A stretch of 64,000 nt of DNA, taken from an uncultured delta proteobacterium. GTDB lineage: Bacteria; Myxococcota_A; Polyangia; Polyangiales; Polyangiaceae. How positions within the stretch are numbered: position 1 is the stretch's first letter; each line of letters starts with the position of its first letter. The DNA lies in assembly GCA_963782055.1 (NCBI GenBank), contig CAWAIF010000003.1, forward strand, positions 832,001 to 896,000, in the 5' to 3' direction. The notes beneath the pieces are model-generated. The model saw only the letters and a program-made list of their open reading frames with translations, was not told the origin of the DNA and searched no databases. Both the position numbers and the translations under genes were made by a program. Positions 60,928 through 64,000 of the stretch are shown here, one piece after another.

Positions 60928-62127
60928 TTGAACGCTGATCACCTCAAAGAACTCGTAGCCGGACACCGTCGCTATCCGCGGCACCGCAACGCTGGAGCCC
61001 GCGGGTGGACCGGGAGACAAGATCTTCCCGCCCACCCATGCGCTGGATGACAAGAACAAGAAGCCCGAGCCTGGTGCCAAGTACGCGTTCGAAACACGCC
61101 GAATCGGCGGGCAGGACGTAGGGTGCGTGCTCATCGACTCGGTGCAGAGCCAGGCGAACCGGATGGAGGACGCGCTTCAGGCGCTGTGGGCCGACAAGCA
61201 GATCGCGCTTCCGGTCGTGAGCGTCGACTTCTCGTCGGTCGCGCCCGAGGTGGGACGCGTCACGTCGCTCAGCGCGCCTCACCGCATCGCCGACGCGCTC
61301 CTACGCGATAGCCTGCTCGACGGCCAGCTCTTTCGCCTCTCGGATATCGGCCAGTCGTTCACCGACGCGAGCACCAGGAACGCGACCGAGTTGTTCAAGG
61401 TTTGCCCGACCGGGCTCGTCTTCGGATTGTGGGACAGTACCGGACCGAAGGGCGGCCTAGGAGCCAAGTTCCAGCGCACGCTGGTCTCCGAGATCGTTGG
61501 AATCAACGCTGTCTCTGGCAGCAAGACCGAGAGTCGAATCGATCCGCTGAACATCCTCAAGAAGGCTGCAGACATCTACGTCGCGGCCGACGACAACGAG
61601 CGGTGGACGACCGACGTCGGCAAGGCGAAGAAGCACGAAAAGGACGACAAGCCCCACAAGAAGGGTGACCGAGCAAATTCGGGAAAGAGGGTAAGCCGTC
61701 GGAGGTGAACCACGGCAACGTCACGCCAAGCATCGACTCGGTCGGTGGCGGCGTGACGATCGACGAAGCAAGGCACACGGTGGTCTTCTCGCTCGCATCG
61801 CTTCGACGTCTGGGATTCACCACTGGAGCGGAGGAAGCCCGCACGGTGCTGGCCGCGCTCGGGTTGCTCGCCGTGTTCGCTGCGGAGAGCCGGGGGCACG
61901 ATCTGCGCTCCCGCTGCCTGCTCGTGCCGAAGAAGGGCGCCGCGCTGAAGCTCGAAGCGATCGCACGAGATGGAAGCACGACTCCTGTGGATCTCGACCT
62001 CGCTGGGGCCATCGCGCTCTACAACGGGGCAGTCGGCGAAGCTTCCTGACGACATCAAGTTCGACGAAGTCTGCGGGCGAAGCACTCGCGGAGCTGCAGC
62101 CCTCGCCGAAGCTCGCCGACCTCGTGA

Positions 62128-64000
<1,873 letters not shown>

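Overview
Very GC-rich bacterial DNA whose gene content (many Cys-lipoproteins, FHA proteins, Ser/Thr kinases, Sel1 and RCC1 repeats) looks myxobacterial, probably Polyangiaceae-like; this is inferred, not tested. About 1-49 kb is mostly intact chromosome: a MoxR-DUF58-BatA-E operon interrupted by an antisense NUDIX gene, larB-larC, an FHA/vWA/PP2C signalling cluster, chaC, pruA, an ECF sigma/anti-sigma pair, an Rv1747-like FHA-ABC transporter with a Ser/Thr kinase and an ADP-ribosylglycohydrolase, an NfeD-flotillin pair, a His kinase, an HtrA/LuxR divergent pair, and Sel1 and VanW proteins. About 51-64 kb is an accessory, frameshift-rich defence-type region. It holds a broken kinase and an HTH-WYL regulator converging on an uncharacterised basic protein, both preceded by the same tandem 14-bp palindrome with 22-bp period. 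It also holds a complete ISL3 (8-bp target duplication), a complete IS1380 (5-bp target duplication) inserted in codon 4 of csb1, and the start of a type I-G (I-U) CRISPR-Cas operon (csb1-csb2-cas3) that runs off the window. No CRISPR array, tRNA or rRNA is visible. At least ten genes have a TANNNT box only 6-9 nt before the start codon, suggesting widespread leaderless transcription. All product calls come from motif recognition by eye, not from database searches.
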